This document shows positions 11,112 through 23,665 of a stretch of DNA of 64,000 bases, one piece after another. Where the stretch lies: positions 12,152,001 through 12,216,000 of the forward strand of contig JBHGNT010000015.1 of assembly GCA_043228905.1 (NCBI GenBank), written 5' to 3'. Under the pieces are notes generated by a model. The model saw only the letters and a program-made list of their open reading frames with translations, searched no databases and was not told the DNA's origin. The translations under genes were made by a program, and so were the position numbers. Each line of letters opens with the position of its first letter. Within the stretch, counting starts at the first letter, position 1. The DNA comes from Azolla caroliniana. Lineage: Eukaryota > Plantae > Polypodiophyta.

Positions 11112-13976
11112 TTCCTTAACCAGCACACTAGGTTCTCCTTCCCTTTCTTGATGAATCCCTCTGGCTGCTACATGTAGATCTCCTCCTTAAGGTCACTGTG
11201 CAAGAACGTTGTTTGGACATCTAATTGCTTACCTCGAGGTCCATGTTTGCCGCTATGCTCGGCACTGTCCAGATGGATGTCATCTTGACAACTGGGGCAA
11301 AGATCTCATCGAAATCTACTCCCTTTTTTTGCTAGAAGCCCCTCACCACGATGCAGGCTTTGTACCTTGGTGGATTTCCGGCATCTCCCGATTTTAGCTT
11401 GTACACCCACTTGTTCCAGAGTGCTCTCTTTCCTTTCGGTAGCTCTGTCAATTCATATGTATGGTTCTCATGCAGGGAATCCATCTCATCCTGCATGGCA
11501 CTTAACCACTTGCGGTTGTGGGTGTCCTTCTTTGCTTCTTCAAAGCTTTCCGGGTCCCCTTCGTCAGTCAACAATATACGCTCTTCTTCCGAAAATCTTC
11601 GGGGGGCTCTTCTCTCCCTAAGAGGGTATCTCCGCCCTTGATATTCAACTACCAATTCCTCTATTTGTTCTTCATCCGAATCCAGTTCGAGATCTTTACC
11701 GGTTTCAGTGTCTGATCCTTTTTCGGTTGGTTCGGTTCCTTGTCCAAATCCGGTTGGTACTGTCAGTACCTGATCCTTCGTCTTCAGCATTGAGAGCCAC
11801 AGCTTCTGGCTGTGGTCATCTATGAACATCATGAAGTACTGCAACCCGGCATGAAACTTCGTGTCCACTTGGCATACATCGGTATGCACTAGTTCAAGCG
11901 GTGCTTTTCGTCTCATCGGTGGTCTCGATTGGAAAGACATTCGGTTCTACTTGCCGGCCAAACAATTGGTGCACCTCTCAAGTTGCACGTCTTTCACCTC
12001 CAGAATGTGTTTATGCTCAGCAAGTCTTCTCATCCCTTTCTAGCTCATGTGACACAACCATTTGTGCCACAGCTCACCGGCAGTGTTAGATGCCATGTTT
12101 ACTTCCTCCCAGCATATCTAGGCATGCATCAGGTACAAGGTGTTGATCTTCCGGGCTCAGGCCACGATCAAGCTTCCTTTGCTAAACTTCATGACTCCGT
12201 TCCATATCCTACCCATGTAGCCTTCATCATCCAGTCGACCAGGTAATATCAAGTTTAGTCGAACCCCCAAAATTTGTTGGACTTCTCTCAGCAACAACTT
12301 GCACCGGTTGACATCGTCAGCCACACGTCTCTTATGCCGACAATTCGGCGTGCACCTTCATTCCCCATCCTCACATAGTTGTGATCTCTGGCTCGGTAGG
12401 ATGCAAAGCACTTCCGGTCTAGGGTCAGATAGAACGACGCTCCAAAGGCAACCACCCACGTCGTTTCATCGTTGACAAGGTGTAGCTCGCTCTCCTCGGT
12501 GATGAGCAGCAACTCTTCCTCACTTGTCGCAATTGCCGATGTTCCTTTCCGATCTGAACTCTTCCGGTCCGAACTCTTCTTTGACTTGGCACTATTGATT
12601 CCTTTCTCTTTTTGGTAGTGTCGGTAATTCTTTTGGAAATGCCCCGATTTCCCACAATAGAAGCAAGTGGGCCTCCTCCTTGATTTTGACCTCGTCCCCA
12701 ACTTTTCTCGGTTCTAGGGACTCTGATTCCAGTCTCTTCCTCGTGTGTTGGTTTTGGTAACTAAGGATTTTGAGTCAAAGATCACTTCCTTCTCTTTCCG
12801 ATGAGCCTCTTGATCCAGCAAGCTTGATTTTACGCTTGCTAGGGATAAGTGTTTCCCTTCCAGTCCGACGTTGCCCAAAGTGACAACTAACGTCTCCCAG
12901 CTATCTGAGAGGGAACTGAGCAACAACAACGTGAGTACCTCATCGGCTAGAGGTACCTCCAATGAGGTAGTCTTATTTATAAGCCCTTGGAAGGCATTCA
13001 TATGCTCCACCATGCTAGAGTTGTCTTGATATCTAAGTCTCACTAACTTTCGAAATACTAAGACTCCATTTATGGCATTCTTGCTCTCAAAAATGATGCC
13101 TATCTTCTCCCAAAGCTCATGAGCTTTCTTCTCCTCATTGAAGTTGTTATACAGGCTCTTGTCAATGAAGCATCTAATGTAGGCCATCATCTTCCTGTCC
13201 ATCATCGATCTTGTCTAGTCTTTTGTCTCCGAACTATACCGGCAACCAAAAATCTTTAACCACTAGCATGTCCCTCATCTTCGACTTCCACAATGAGTAG
13301 ATGGAGCCGGTGAGCTTGAAAATGCCGCTGAATAGATCTTCCATGCTCTAATACCAAATTGTAGCAAATGGTGCTCGGCCACAATCGAGTCTCAAACACA
13401 TGATGGAAGAAACAAACAAAAGAAATTGGTAGATTGATACACACTTACACCGAAATAAAGCGACACGGGATATTAACGTGGAAAACCTCGAGAGGCAAAA
13501 CCACGAGAGTTCACTAACTCCGAACTAAATCACTATATGCAAGAGAGACTATGTGACTCAAAGGCACCTACCTCGAGATCTGTGACCTCACTAACAAGCG
13601 GTTACAACAGAAACTTACTTTCTGTTCTTTTTCCTCTCACTTCTCACTCTGTACAATAGTAATACTCAACTAGAATGATCATCATACATCTAGTTGCCCT
13701 AGTTATATTTATACTCATATAACTTTTCAGGCTATTTACAAGTATAGCCTCAATGGCACATAGGAACATATTTACCGATATGTCCCTTCTCATGGTTCAC
13801 GTCAGATCCAGTCAGATTCCTTCCAGGTCCGTCCGGTTTGGCTTTTGGATATCCTTCCGGATCCATCTGATCTGGCTTCTTGCTTTGGCTCATCCGATCC
13901 GGCTCATCCAGTTCCCATCCATAGAGACAGGTTTCTCAATAGGTCGCGCCCATGTATTCGGCCTTTGTGCTCAACA
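11112..13976 (-). mobile_element. Ty1/copia family D (Tnt1-like), decayed copy D1 with an internal integrase deletion
   Basis: LTR 13360-13976, PBS 13345-13356. Gag with CFYCGKSGH knuckle, protease and IN/RT fragments homologous to the intact ORF at 19592-23665. Deletion junction near 11760. Confidence 0.85.
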
Positions 13977-16900
13977 ATGCGATTATGGGCTGCTTTTTGC
14001 TACTCTAGGAGATCGCTCCGTTGCCAAGACGAATCCTAACATCGATCATCTATCGGCTTTATAGCCGGCCCAATCAGCATCTGTGTACCCTTCAAGTCAA
14101 ATGATCGTGTTTGATTTATACAGGATGTTGAAATCCATCATTCGATGGACATACCTAAGTACTCTTTTAGTGCAGTTGAGATGAACATTTCGAGGGTTCT
14201 ACATGAATTGGCTAAGTAAACCAACTGAATAGTTGAGGTCGGGTCGTGTGATGGTTAGATAGAGCAAGTTGTCAATCAGTTGATGGTACTGAGTCAGTTC
14301 ACAATCTTCTGTTCCCGAATCGGCATCGAGTTTGAGGTTTCAATTGAGAGGGGTAGACATAGGTTTGCACTCAATCATCCTAAACTTGTAGAGCAAGTTG
14401 AGAATGTAGTGTCGTTGCAAGATCAATATCCCAATTGGTGTTCGAATTACTTCTATACCAAGGAAGTAATGGAGTCATGCATATCCTTCCTTTCGAATCG
14501 GCTGGATAGGAGTGATTTGACCTATTAATGTCGGCTAGATTCTTCCCCCCCATTACCAGATCATTCATGTACAAGATGATGACAATCAGGTTGTCCGACT
14601 CGTTTTTTATGTAAAGGGAGTTGTTCGATTTTGACACTCGAAAGCCAATTTGGTGAAGATACTAGGTGATCTTCGAATGCCAAGCACGTGGTGCTTGCTT
14701 GAGTCCGTATAGAGCCTTCCTAAGTCGGCAAACTACGGTCGGGTGTTTACTTGATTCGAAATTAGGAGGTTCAATCATGAAGACCTCCTCTTCTAATTCA
14801 CCTTGTAGGAAGGCGTTCTTTACATGCATTTGGTGGAGGTACCACCCTTTTGCAGCTACGAACAGTCGTCATCTTTGCCACTGGGGCAAAGGTCTCCTTG
14901 TAATCAACTCCCTGTGTTTGAGCATATCCCTTAGCTACGAGTCATGCCTTGTAGTGATTTACCAAATCGTCGGCATTATATTTTACCTTATAGATCCATC
15001 TACAACCGATTGCTTTCTTGTGTGGAGAATGGGGAACGAGAACCCATGTCTCATTTTTGCATAGAGCTTGCATTTCTTCGTTCATAGCATCGATCCATCG
15101 TGGATCCTTGGTGGCCTCAAAAAAGGTCTCTAGTTCTCGAACTGTTGCCATCTTCATCATAAAGGCATAATGATATGCTGTGAAAGTTAATATGCGGAAG
15201 CTTGTGACAAAATCGGCTTTGCCGGGTAGCAACAGAATATTGAGATGAAAGGTGTAATGGAGACCTTACGCAAGAGAGACAAAGAGAGCAGAAAGCATAA
15301 AAGTTATTCAAAATAATAACACTCTGTAACTTTGTACATAGAACGTGCTCAAACAGCACTTTTATACAAGTCCATAAAGCACTGACAGGTACTTCAATGC
15401 TCATACGAGCGACTGACACTGATTCCCAAAAATATGCCTATGTACTAGGCTAGATCCATAGGCCTCTAACGGCCTACCAGTTTCAATCCGATCCGGCTCC
15501 TGGTTCCGGACACCGATCCGGTTCTCCGCCCCAGATACCGATCCGGCTCTTCGTTGCAGATACCGATCCGGATCCGGTTGAGCTTGCTCGCTCAACACTC
15601 CCCCTCAAGCTCAACTTGAGGTCAGATCGTGGTGTCAATATTTGCAGTAACCGGTTCTTTCCTCCGGCTCCTTCTGGCGTCCTCCCGCCTTGCTCGCGCT
15701 CCTCGTCTGGTTAGGTTCCACTTCCCACGAACCACCCGGTTCTGTGCACCTCGACCTCCTTGGTCAGATTGTCTACTCAGCAGGCCCATCACAACTCCTT
15801 CAGATTATAACTCTAACGCTTGTCGACCCATCGGTTCCTCTATGTCGGTGTCGACTTTCGCTGCCTTCTCGTTCGATTTACCTTTAGTTGATCCGGTTCC
15901 TCTAAATCAAATTGTTGAACCGAATCGTCTTTCTCCGATTCGTTCCAGCTTTTGTCTGAATCGATTGCCTCTAATTCATTCCAACTCTTGTTTGAGTTGG
16001 TAGTCTCCACCTCATCTTCCATTTTTAGCCCCTTCACCACATCGGACCACGTCCAGGTCTTGGCCTTCTTCCGGTCAGCTCTACCCTTCTTGAGTCTGCC
16101 GCTGTTGTCTCTTGCTCCGACTTTTTCAGATGTGCCGACTCCTTCGGTCGGTTCGACTTCCTTTTTCTGCTCATCTCCCCCCTTGGTTCTTTCTTCCTCT
16201 CCGGCTCCTTGTCCGGTGTCATCCGTTCCCCCCCTCAAGTGCGACACGTCAAGATGTTGTAGACCAAGCATCTCTGAAAAGTGTTGCAACTTGTCTGATC
16301 CGAGCGGCTTGGTGAAGATGTCAGCAACCTACCGATCTGTAGCCTTAGGTTCCGGTCCAGGGGTGTGGAGATCGGTCGACATTCCGTCATGCCGAACTTG
16401 TACAACATATTCAACACATAATGGTATTGTGAGAGCAATATGCCGTCAGGGGTCCGGATCACCTCGATCCCAAGAAAATAATGAAGGTCCCCCATGTCCT
16501 TCATTTCAAATGCGTCCGACAACTGGGACTTCACTCGACCTATTTCATCGAGTCTGGGTCTAGTGATGACTAGATCATCTACATATAGTAGGATACAAAC
16601 CAGACTGTCCGAACATTTCTAGATGAACAGTGAAGAGTCGGACTGTGAGGCTGCAAAGCCCATCTTACACAACCAGTGCATGATTTTCGCATTCCAAGCT
16701 CGGGGGGCTTGCTTCAGACCATAAAGTGACTTTTTGAGTTGGCACACTGCCTACCTGTTCAACTTCGATCGAAAATCGGGGGATTGGATCATATAGACCT
16801 ACTCTTCAAGATCACCTTGAAGAAACGAATTCTTCACATCCATCTGATGAAGATGCCACCCCTTGCTACAACAATCGCCAGTACCACATGAACCGTCATC

Positions 16901-17835
16901 ATCTTTGCTACTAGAGCGAAGGTCTTGTCGTATTCGATTCCGTGGGTTGGCGCGTATCCCTTCGCCACTAACCGGGCTTTGTACCGGTTGACCGAACCGT
17001 CGGCATTGTACTTTACCTTGTACAACCATTTACAACCGATTGGTTTACATTGTCAGGGAGGGTCAACCAAGTCCCAAGTGTCGTTGGTATCGAGTGCCCG
17101 CATTTCTTCTTCCATTACAGCATGCCAATTCGCCTCCTTTGCCGCTTCAGCGTAACTCTCTGGCTCACGCACTTCCGCCACCTTGGTCATGTACGCATAG
17201 TGATGCGCCATGTACTCATTGTATCCCACCATTGTACGAGGTTCTTTTGGCGGGTTGACCGACGCATTTTCGTCAACTGGTTTGAGGCCCTTCTTGGCCA
17301 GTTCGGACTTCATTTCTAAAGTTCTGCCTTCATCCTTTCCAGAGTTTGATTCGCTCTTATCTGACCCTTCACTGCCAGTGTCATATCCCGTCATCTTCCT
17401 CTTCCCCTTCTCTTTGCGCGTGAACCATCTCCTCGGTTCCTTGCGCGAGGAGAGCACGACAGTGTCTCCACTACTCGCTGGTTCTTCATCCAACTGGTCA
17501 TTCCGACTCAATCCCTCGTTTGGCCTGCTCAGTTGAAACGAGATCAGGCTCTCTTCTAAAGTACTAAAATCTTCATCTTCTACCTGAACCTCTCTGAGTT
17601 CACTAGTCTCATCCTCTGGAATCGGGTCTTCGTCAGAAGTTGGAGTTGGTAGAGAGTACCATGATGCCAACTCATCAAATTCGACATCTCAACTTACTCG
17701 GACCTCTTAAGACCGAGGGTTATAACACTTATACCCCTTCTGCTCATGTGAGTAGCCGACAAGTATGCACTTCTCCAACTTTGGATCTAGCTTCCTCCGC
17801 TTCTCATCCTGTACATGCACATATGCTATGCTACC

Positions 17836-18601
17836 TGACGGGAACTCAACGCTCCTTATGTCCAACGCTCGGCCACAACCGAGATTCTTCTCATTCACAG
17901 AAAAAACGGGAAACAAATGCACGACACAAAGGAGAGAAAATACACAGGAGGTTTACGTGGAAAACCCCAAACTAGGGGAAAAAACCACGGCAGCCCACAA
18001 GCTGCAAACTGTCACTATGTAAGAATGTACAAACAGTGAGTTCACGGAGGCAACAACCTCATGCTAACGATCTTCACCACAGGCGGCGGTTACAACAGAG
18101 GCAACGACCTCGTTCTCTCTCTCTCTCTCTCTCTCTGTACAGTTACACACACTGATCTTGTGCAAAACAGACAATGACAACACACACAAAAATTTTGCCC
18201 TAAGTCATATTTATACTAATATGACTTTTCGTCTATTTACAAATATAGCCTCAATAGACTCTCAGAAACATATTTATGAATATGTCTCTTCATCCAGTTC
18301 ATACCGGGTCTATGCCATCCGGCTCTCCGTAGCCGGGTACTCCTCATCCGGTTCATACCGGGTCTGTATCATCCGCCTCTCCGTAGCCGGGTACTCCTCA
18401 TCCGGTTCATACCGGGTCTGCACCATCCGGCTCTCCGTAGCCGGGTACTCCTCATCCGGTCTTCACCGGGTCAGTATCATCCGGCTCTCCGTAGCCGGGT
18501 ACTCCTCATCCGGTTTTGGCCTCGGCCTATTGGCCTCGGCCGAGTTTGTTCATCGGCACTGTTCTTCTCCCTTCCCATCCGGAGGGACCTGTCTCCCAAC
18601 A
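17836..18601 (-). mobile_element. Solo LTR (family D-related), 766 bp
   Basis: TG..CA ends; TSD CTACC at 17831-17835 and 18602-18606; the host integrase resumes on either side; shares blocks with family D LTRs. Confidence 0.9.
18288..18515. repeat. About 4 x 54-bp tandem repeat in U3 of the solo LTR
   Basis: Unit CTCATCCGGTTCATACCGGGTCTGTATCATCCGGCTCTCCGTAGCCGGGTACTC. Confidence 0.9.
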
Positions 18602-19415
18602 CTACCAAATATCTGAAGGTGTCTCAAATTCGTCTTCCGCCCAAAATATAGTTCATGTGTTGACACCTTGTCTCCGATCCGGTTTTGGATGTAGACGGCT
18701 GTCCGGACCGCCTCAGCCGATTAGAATTTGGGCATGCTCTTCTCCTCTAGCATTGCCCTTGCCGTGTCGGCAATCGACCGGTTCTTCCTTTCGGCCACAC
18801 TGTTTTGTTCCGGTGTGTATCTGCAGCTAAATTCTCTCCAAATTCCTTTCTGCTGTAGATAACTATTGAATTGGCCAGAAAAATATTCTTGTCCGCCATC
18901 CAACCGCAAGCACTTGATCTGTTGAGCAATCAATGCTCCGATTAACCTTCACCGCTCGGCCACAACCGAGTAAGCGCAAATCAATACAGCAGAAAATAGG
19001 AACCACAGAGAAAGGACACGATTACACAGAGATTAACGTGGAAAACCCTAGACGGGAAAAACCACGGGAGTCCAAGACTCCAAACCAACTATGCACAAAG
19101 AGAAGTATACAATGGCGAGCTGCAAGGCGACGACCTTGAGCTCGTTGTCCTCGCCACAGGCGGCGGAAATACACAGAGGCGTCGTCCTCTTCCTCTCTCA
19201 CGCTCTAACTCTCTCTCTCTCTCTCACGGCTGCTCCCTCTTCACTCCTCTTGAGTGGGAAAAACAGAAAAATGAGTAGCAACAACTTAACTGTTTGCCCT
19301 AAGTCATATTTATACACATATGACTTTCGGGCTATTTACAAATATAGCCTCAAGGGCTCTTGGCAAACATATTCACAAATATGTCTCCGCATCCGGATCT
19401 CTCTCCGGGTACATT

Positions 19416-19520
19416 CGTCATCCGGCTCCGTAACCGGGGTCTTCATCATCCGGTTCCGTAACCGGGGTCTTCATCATCCGGTTCCGTAACCGGAGTCTTC
19501 ATCATCCGGCTCCGTAACCG
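19416..19520. repeat. About 3.5 x 28-bp tandem repeat in the LTR U3 (also at about 24191-24295)
   Basis: Unit TCTTCATCATCCGGTTCCGTAACCGGGG. Confidence 0.9.
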
Positions 19521-19591
19521 CAACCGGGCTTGTCGTCATTCATCTCCGGACATCCCATCCGGAGGGACCGAAATCCCAACAAACTCCCCCT

Positions 19592-22500
19592 TCACTTCGG
19601 CATGGGATGTCTCTCCAGTCCGATCCTCTTCCGGCATGCTTCCAGCTTGTCGGGTGTGAGCACCTTGGTCAGCATATCCGACCCGTTCTCGTCCGTGTGG
19701 ACCTTCGTCAGCACGAACTCCTTGTCTTCTATCCTTTCCCGGATCCAGTGATATCTTCGCTGGATGTGCTTCGTCCGGGAGTGATAAGCCGCGTTCTTCG
19801 CAAGGTGGATGGCACTCTGACTGTCGCAGTAGAGTCGGTACTCCTCCTGCTGGATACCGAGCTCTCTAATGAAGTCCTTCATCCATATTATTTCCTTGCC
19901 GGCTTCAACAGCCGCCATGTACTCCGCCTCCGTGGTTGACAACGCAACCGTCTTCTGCAGCCTCGACTGCCACGAAACAGCTCCACCTGCATACGTCATC
20001 ACATACCCTGATGTGGACCGGCTGGTATCTGCATCAGCCGACATATCCGAATCGGTAAAGCCGTCGAATTCGGGCTTACCGGAGCCGAATCGGAGGCACA
20101 CGTTTGCCGTGCCCTTCAGGTATCGGAGTATCCACTTGACCGCGTTCCAGTGCTCTTTGCCGGGATTGCTCATGTACCGGCTCACCACTCCAACTGCATA
20201 TCCTATGTCCGGTCTTGTACACACCATTGCGTACATTAGGCTTCCGACGGCAGAGGCATATGGTACTTTCATCATGTCCTCCTTCTCAGCCTTTGTCTTG
20301 GGGCTTTGCTTGCTGGACAACTTGCAGTTTGCCGGGAGGGTTGACCCGACCGGTCTTGCTTCCGACATGTTGAACCGGTGAAGCACCTTTGTCACGTACT
20401 TCTCCTGTGACAGCCACAACTGCTTCTTCTTCCGGTCCCGGATGATGTGCATCCCTAGTATTTGCCTCGCCGGACCCAGGTCCTTCATTGAGAAGGTTCG
20501 GTGAAGCGCTTTCTTCAGCGTCCGTATCTTGACCTGGTCCCGTCCGACGATCAACATGTCGTCCACGTACAGGAGGAGTATTAGAGAGTCTCCTCCTTCG
20601 AACTTCTTCACAAACACGCAGTGATCAGACTGCGTTTTGTGGTACCCTTCGTCGGTCATGAAGGAGTCGAACTTCCGGTACCATTGCCGGGGAGCCTGCT
20701 TCAGTCCGTAAAGGCTCTTTTTCAACCGGCATACCAGGTGCTCCTTCCCTTTCTTCTCGAATCCTTCCGGTTGCTGCATGTAGATCTCTTCTTCGAGGTC
20801 ACCGTGAAGGAATGCCGTCTTCACGTCCATCTGTTCTACCTCGAGGTCCATGCTTGCCACTATGCTCAGCACCGTCCGGATGGAGGTCATCTTCACTACC
20901 GGGGCGAATATCTCGTCGAAGTCGACGCCCTTCTTCTGCTGAAACCCCTTCACCACGATCCGGGCTTTGTATCTCGGGGGGTTTCCGGCATCTCCCGGTT
21001 TCAGCTTGAACACCCACTTGTTTCGAAGTGCCCGCTTTCCTTTCGGCAACTCCACAAGTTCATATGTGTGGTTCTCATGCAGGGAATCCATCTCGTCCTG
21101 CATGGCACTCAACCACCTGCGGCTCTGGGTGTCATGCTTTGCTTCTTCAAAGCTCTCCGGCTCCCCTTCGTCGGTCAGCAGCACGTGCTCTGGTTCCGGA
21201 AATCTCCGGGGGGCCCTTCTCTCTCTTAGAGGATATCTCCGTTCCGGAGCTTCGGTAACCGGTTCTTCCGATTCTTCTTCATCCGAATCCATTTCGGGAT
21301 CGGGGCCGGTTCCGGTATCATTTTCATCTTCTTCGGCCGGTTCTGTTTCTTCACCGTCTTCGGCCGGATCCTCGAGTGCTAACCGGTCTCTTGCCGGTCG
21401 GGACTGCTCCTCGTAGAGTTGATCCTCACCGGTCGACTTGGAGCTCTTCATCTTCTTCTCCGACTCCCAGTCGGCAAGTGTCTTGTCCTCCATGAAGATG
21501 ATGTCTCGACTCCTGAATATCTTCTTGTCGACCGGGTCCCATACTCGGTAGCCGAACTCGTCGTCGCCGTAACCGAGGAATATGCATGGCCGGGTCTTTG
21601 GATCTAGCTTTCCTCTCCGGTCCTTTGCCACATGCACGTATGCGAGACACCCGAACACCTTCAGATGCCGGTAGGACACTTCCTTACCGGTCCACACTTT
21701 CTGCGGCGTGTCTCCGTCCAGAGGTACTGAGGGTGATCTATTTATCACGTATGTCGCCGTCGACATCGCCTCAGCCCAAAACCCCTTGGGTAATTTCGCA
21801 TGCGCTAGCATACTCCGGACCCTCTCCATTATGGTCCGGTTCATCCTCTCGGCCAGCCCGTTCAGTTCCGGCGTCTTCGGCACAGTAAACTCGAGCCGGA
21901 TTCCCTTCGAGCGACAGTACTCCTGGAACTGCCCCCGGTATTCCCCTCCGTTATCCGCTCGTATCGCTTTCAGCTTCTTGCCGGATTCCCTTTCCACTCT
22001 CGCGTGGAGTTCTTTGAAGACGGACAACACTTGGTCCTTTGTCTTCAACGGCGCCGTCCACAGCTTCCGGCTGTGATCATCAATGAAAGTCACGAAGTAC
22101 TGGGCTCCGCCATGTGACTTCGTTTCTACCTGACACACATCAGTGTGCACCAACTCCAATGGTGCGCTACGTCTCGTCGGTGGCCTTGAGTGGAAGGAGG
22201 TTCGGTTCTGCTTACCGGCCAGGCAATCGGTGCACTTCTCCAGATGCACATGCTTCACTGGAATGAGGTTGTCTTCTGCAAGCCTCTTCATCCCCTTCTC
22301 GCTCATGTGGCACAGTCTCTTGTGCCACAGCTCACCGGCAGTGTCGGCTGCCACGTTCAGCTCCTCCGAACATAGCCGGGAATTCATCAGGTACAGGGTG
22401 TTGACCTTCCGGGCCCGAGCCACTATCAGGCTCCCCTTGCTGAACTTCATGACACCGTTCCGGATGCTACCCGTGTAGCCTTCATCATCTAGCCTCCCGG

Positions 22501-23665
22501 CCGAGATCAGGTTCAATCGGACCTCCGGAACGTGTCGGACATCCTTCAGCAGCATTTTGCATCCGGTCGGGGTTGTCAACCACACGTCTCCTATGCCGGC
22601 AATCCGGCACGTACCTTCATTTCCCATCCGAACACAGCCATGCTCACCGGCTGTGTAGGATGAGAAGTATCTTCTCTCCGGGGTCAGGTGGAACGATGCT
22701 CCGGAATCGACCACCCAGGTCATCTCTACACCGGCAAGGTTCAGCTCCCTCTCTTCGGTAATAAGCATTATCTCTTCTTCACTTGCCGCGAGTGCCGTCG
22801 TTCCTTTCCGGTCCTGCCCTCGCCGATCCGGACCTCTCCGGTCCGTGGCTCCCCGGTATGCACCGTTTCTCTCCGGTGACTTCTTCGAATCGGTGTCGTC
22901 GGCTCCGTTGTCTTTTCGGTAATGCCGACAATTCTTTCGGAAGTGCCCCGGCTTCCCACAGTGGAAGCATGTGGGTCTTCCTCTTGACTGCGACCGGGTC
23001 CCCGACTTCTCCCGTCTTTGCGGACTCCGGTTCCATTGTCTTCCCCGATCTGATTCGGTAAGCAGCGCCTTCGAGTCGGAGGCCGGTTCTTTATCTCTCC
23101 GACGCGCTTCTTCGTTCAAAATACTTGTCTTTACCGTTTGTAAGGACAAGTTATCTTCAGTGCAGGAGGTGCTGAGAGTCACCACCAAGTTCTCCCAGCT
23201 TTCCGGCAATGTACACATCAGAATGATGGCTTGCATTGCGTCCTCCAGCGGGAACTTGATCGCCGCAAGCTGGTTCACGAATCCCATGAACGTGCTTACG
23301 TGTTCCACCATACTCTCGCCGTCCCGGTACTTGAGGTTCACTATCTTTCTCATCAGGGAGGTCCGGTTCAACGCATTCTTCCTCTCGTAGAGGCCCGACA
23401 GCTTCCGCCACATCTCATATGCGTTGGTGTCGTTCGCCACATGTTGTAGAACGCTCACGTCGACGTATTGCCGAATGGTTGCAACGGCTTTCCGGTTCAG
23501 AAGCCTCCATTCCGACTCAAGTACCCCCTTCGGTATTTCCGACCTGTCGATCGGTTCGTACAGGTCCCGAACAATCAGAAGATCCTCCATCTTGATCTTC
23601 CAGTCGGCGTAATTCTGTGCATTCAGCACCATCATCCCCGGCTGCCCGCTGCCGCCGCCTTCCAT
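19592..23665 (-). CDS. Copia Gag-Pol polyprotein, about 1357 aa
   Basis: Uninterrupted ORF: CFHCGKPGHFRKNC knuckle, WVVDSGAS protease, LWHKRLCH, integrase D-D-E (HTDV / ADNGGEY / NGLAERMN), RT (QMDVKTAFL, YVDDML), RNase H (DSD, EAEY, DSQSA, DMLTK). First ATG after the PBS is at 23665. Confidence 0.96.
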   Translation of the reverse strand: MEGGGSGQPGMMVLNAQNYADWKIKMEDLLIVRDLYEPIDRSEIPKGVLESEWRLLNRKAVATIRQYVDVSVLQHVANDTNAYEMWRKLSGLYERKNALNRTSLMRKIVNLKYRDGESMVEHVSTFMGFVNQLAAIKFPLEDAMQAIILMCTLPESWENLVVTLSTSCTEDNLSLQTVKTSILNEEARRRDKEPASDSKALLTESDRGRQWNRSPQRREKSGTRSQSRGRPTCFHCGKPGHFRKNCRHYRKDNGADDTDSKKSPERNGAYRGATDRRGPDRRGQDRKGTTALAASEEEIMLITEERELNLAGVEMTWVVDSGASFHLTPERRYFSSYTAGEHGCVRMGNEGTCRIAGIGDVWLTTPTGCKMLLKDVRHVPEVRLNLISAGRLDDEGYTGSIRNGVMKFSKGSLIVARARKVNTLYLMNSRLCSEELNVAADTAGELWHKRLCHMSEKGMKRLAEDNLIPVKHVHLEKCTDCLAGKQNRTSFHSRPPTRRSAPLELVHTDVCQVETKSHGGAQYFVTFIDDHSRKLWTAPLKTKDQVLSVFKELHARVERESGKKLKAIRADNGGEYRGQFQEYCRSKGIRLEFTVPKTPELNGLAERMNRTIMERVRSMLAHAKLPKGFWAEAMSTATYVINRSPSVPLDGDTPQKVWTGKEVSYRHLKVFGCLAYVHVAKDRRGKLDPKTRPCIFLGYGDDEFGYRVWDPVDKKIFRSRDIIFMEDKTLADWESEKKMKSSKSTGEDQLYEEQSRPARDRLALEDPAEDGEETEPAEEDENDTGTGPDPEMDSDEEESEEPVTEAPERRYPLRERRAPRRFPEPEHVLLTDEGEPESFEEAKHDTQSRRWLSAMQDEMDSLHENHTYELVELPKGKRALRNKWVFKLKPGDAGNPPRYKARIVVKGFQQKKGVDFDEIFAPVVKMTSIRTVLSIVASMDLEVEQMDVKTAFLHGDLEEEIYMQQPEGFEKKGKEHLVCRLKKSLYGLKQAPRQWYRKFDSFMTDEGYHKTQSDHCVFVKKFEGGDSLILLLYVDDMLIVGRDQVKIRTLKKALHRTFSMKDLGPARQILGMHIIRDRKKKQLWLSQEKYVTKVLHRFNMSEARPVGSTLPANCKLSSKQSPKTKAEKEDMMKVPYASAVGSLMYAMVCTRPDIGYAVGVVSRYMSNPGKEHWNAVKWILRYLKGTANVCLRFGSGKPEFDGFTDSDMSADADTSRSTSGYVMTYAGGAVSWQSRLQKTVALSTTEAEYMAAVEAGKEIIWMKDFIRELGIQQEEYRLYCDSQSAIHLAKNAAYHSRTKHIQRRYHWIRERIEDKEFVLTKVHTDENGSDMLTKVLTPDKLEACRKRIGLERHPMPK

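Noticed and set aside
18288-18515. Regular repeats resembling a CRISPR array
   Set aside because: Head-to-tail units without unique spacers, inside a eukaryotic LTR, and no cas genes.
19091-19489. Identical 132-aa ORF occurring twice (also 23866-24264)
   Set aside because: It lies within the two LTRs, so the duplication is explained by LTR identity; it crosses a CT microsatellite and the tandem repeats.
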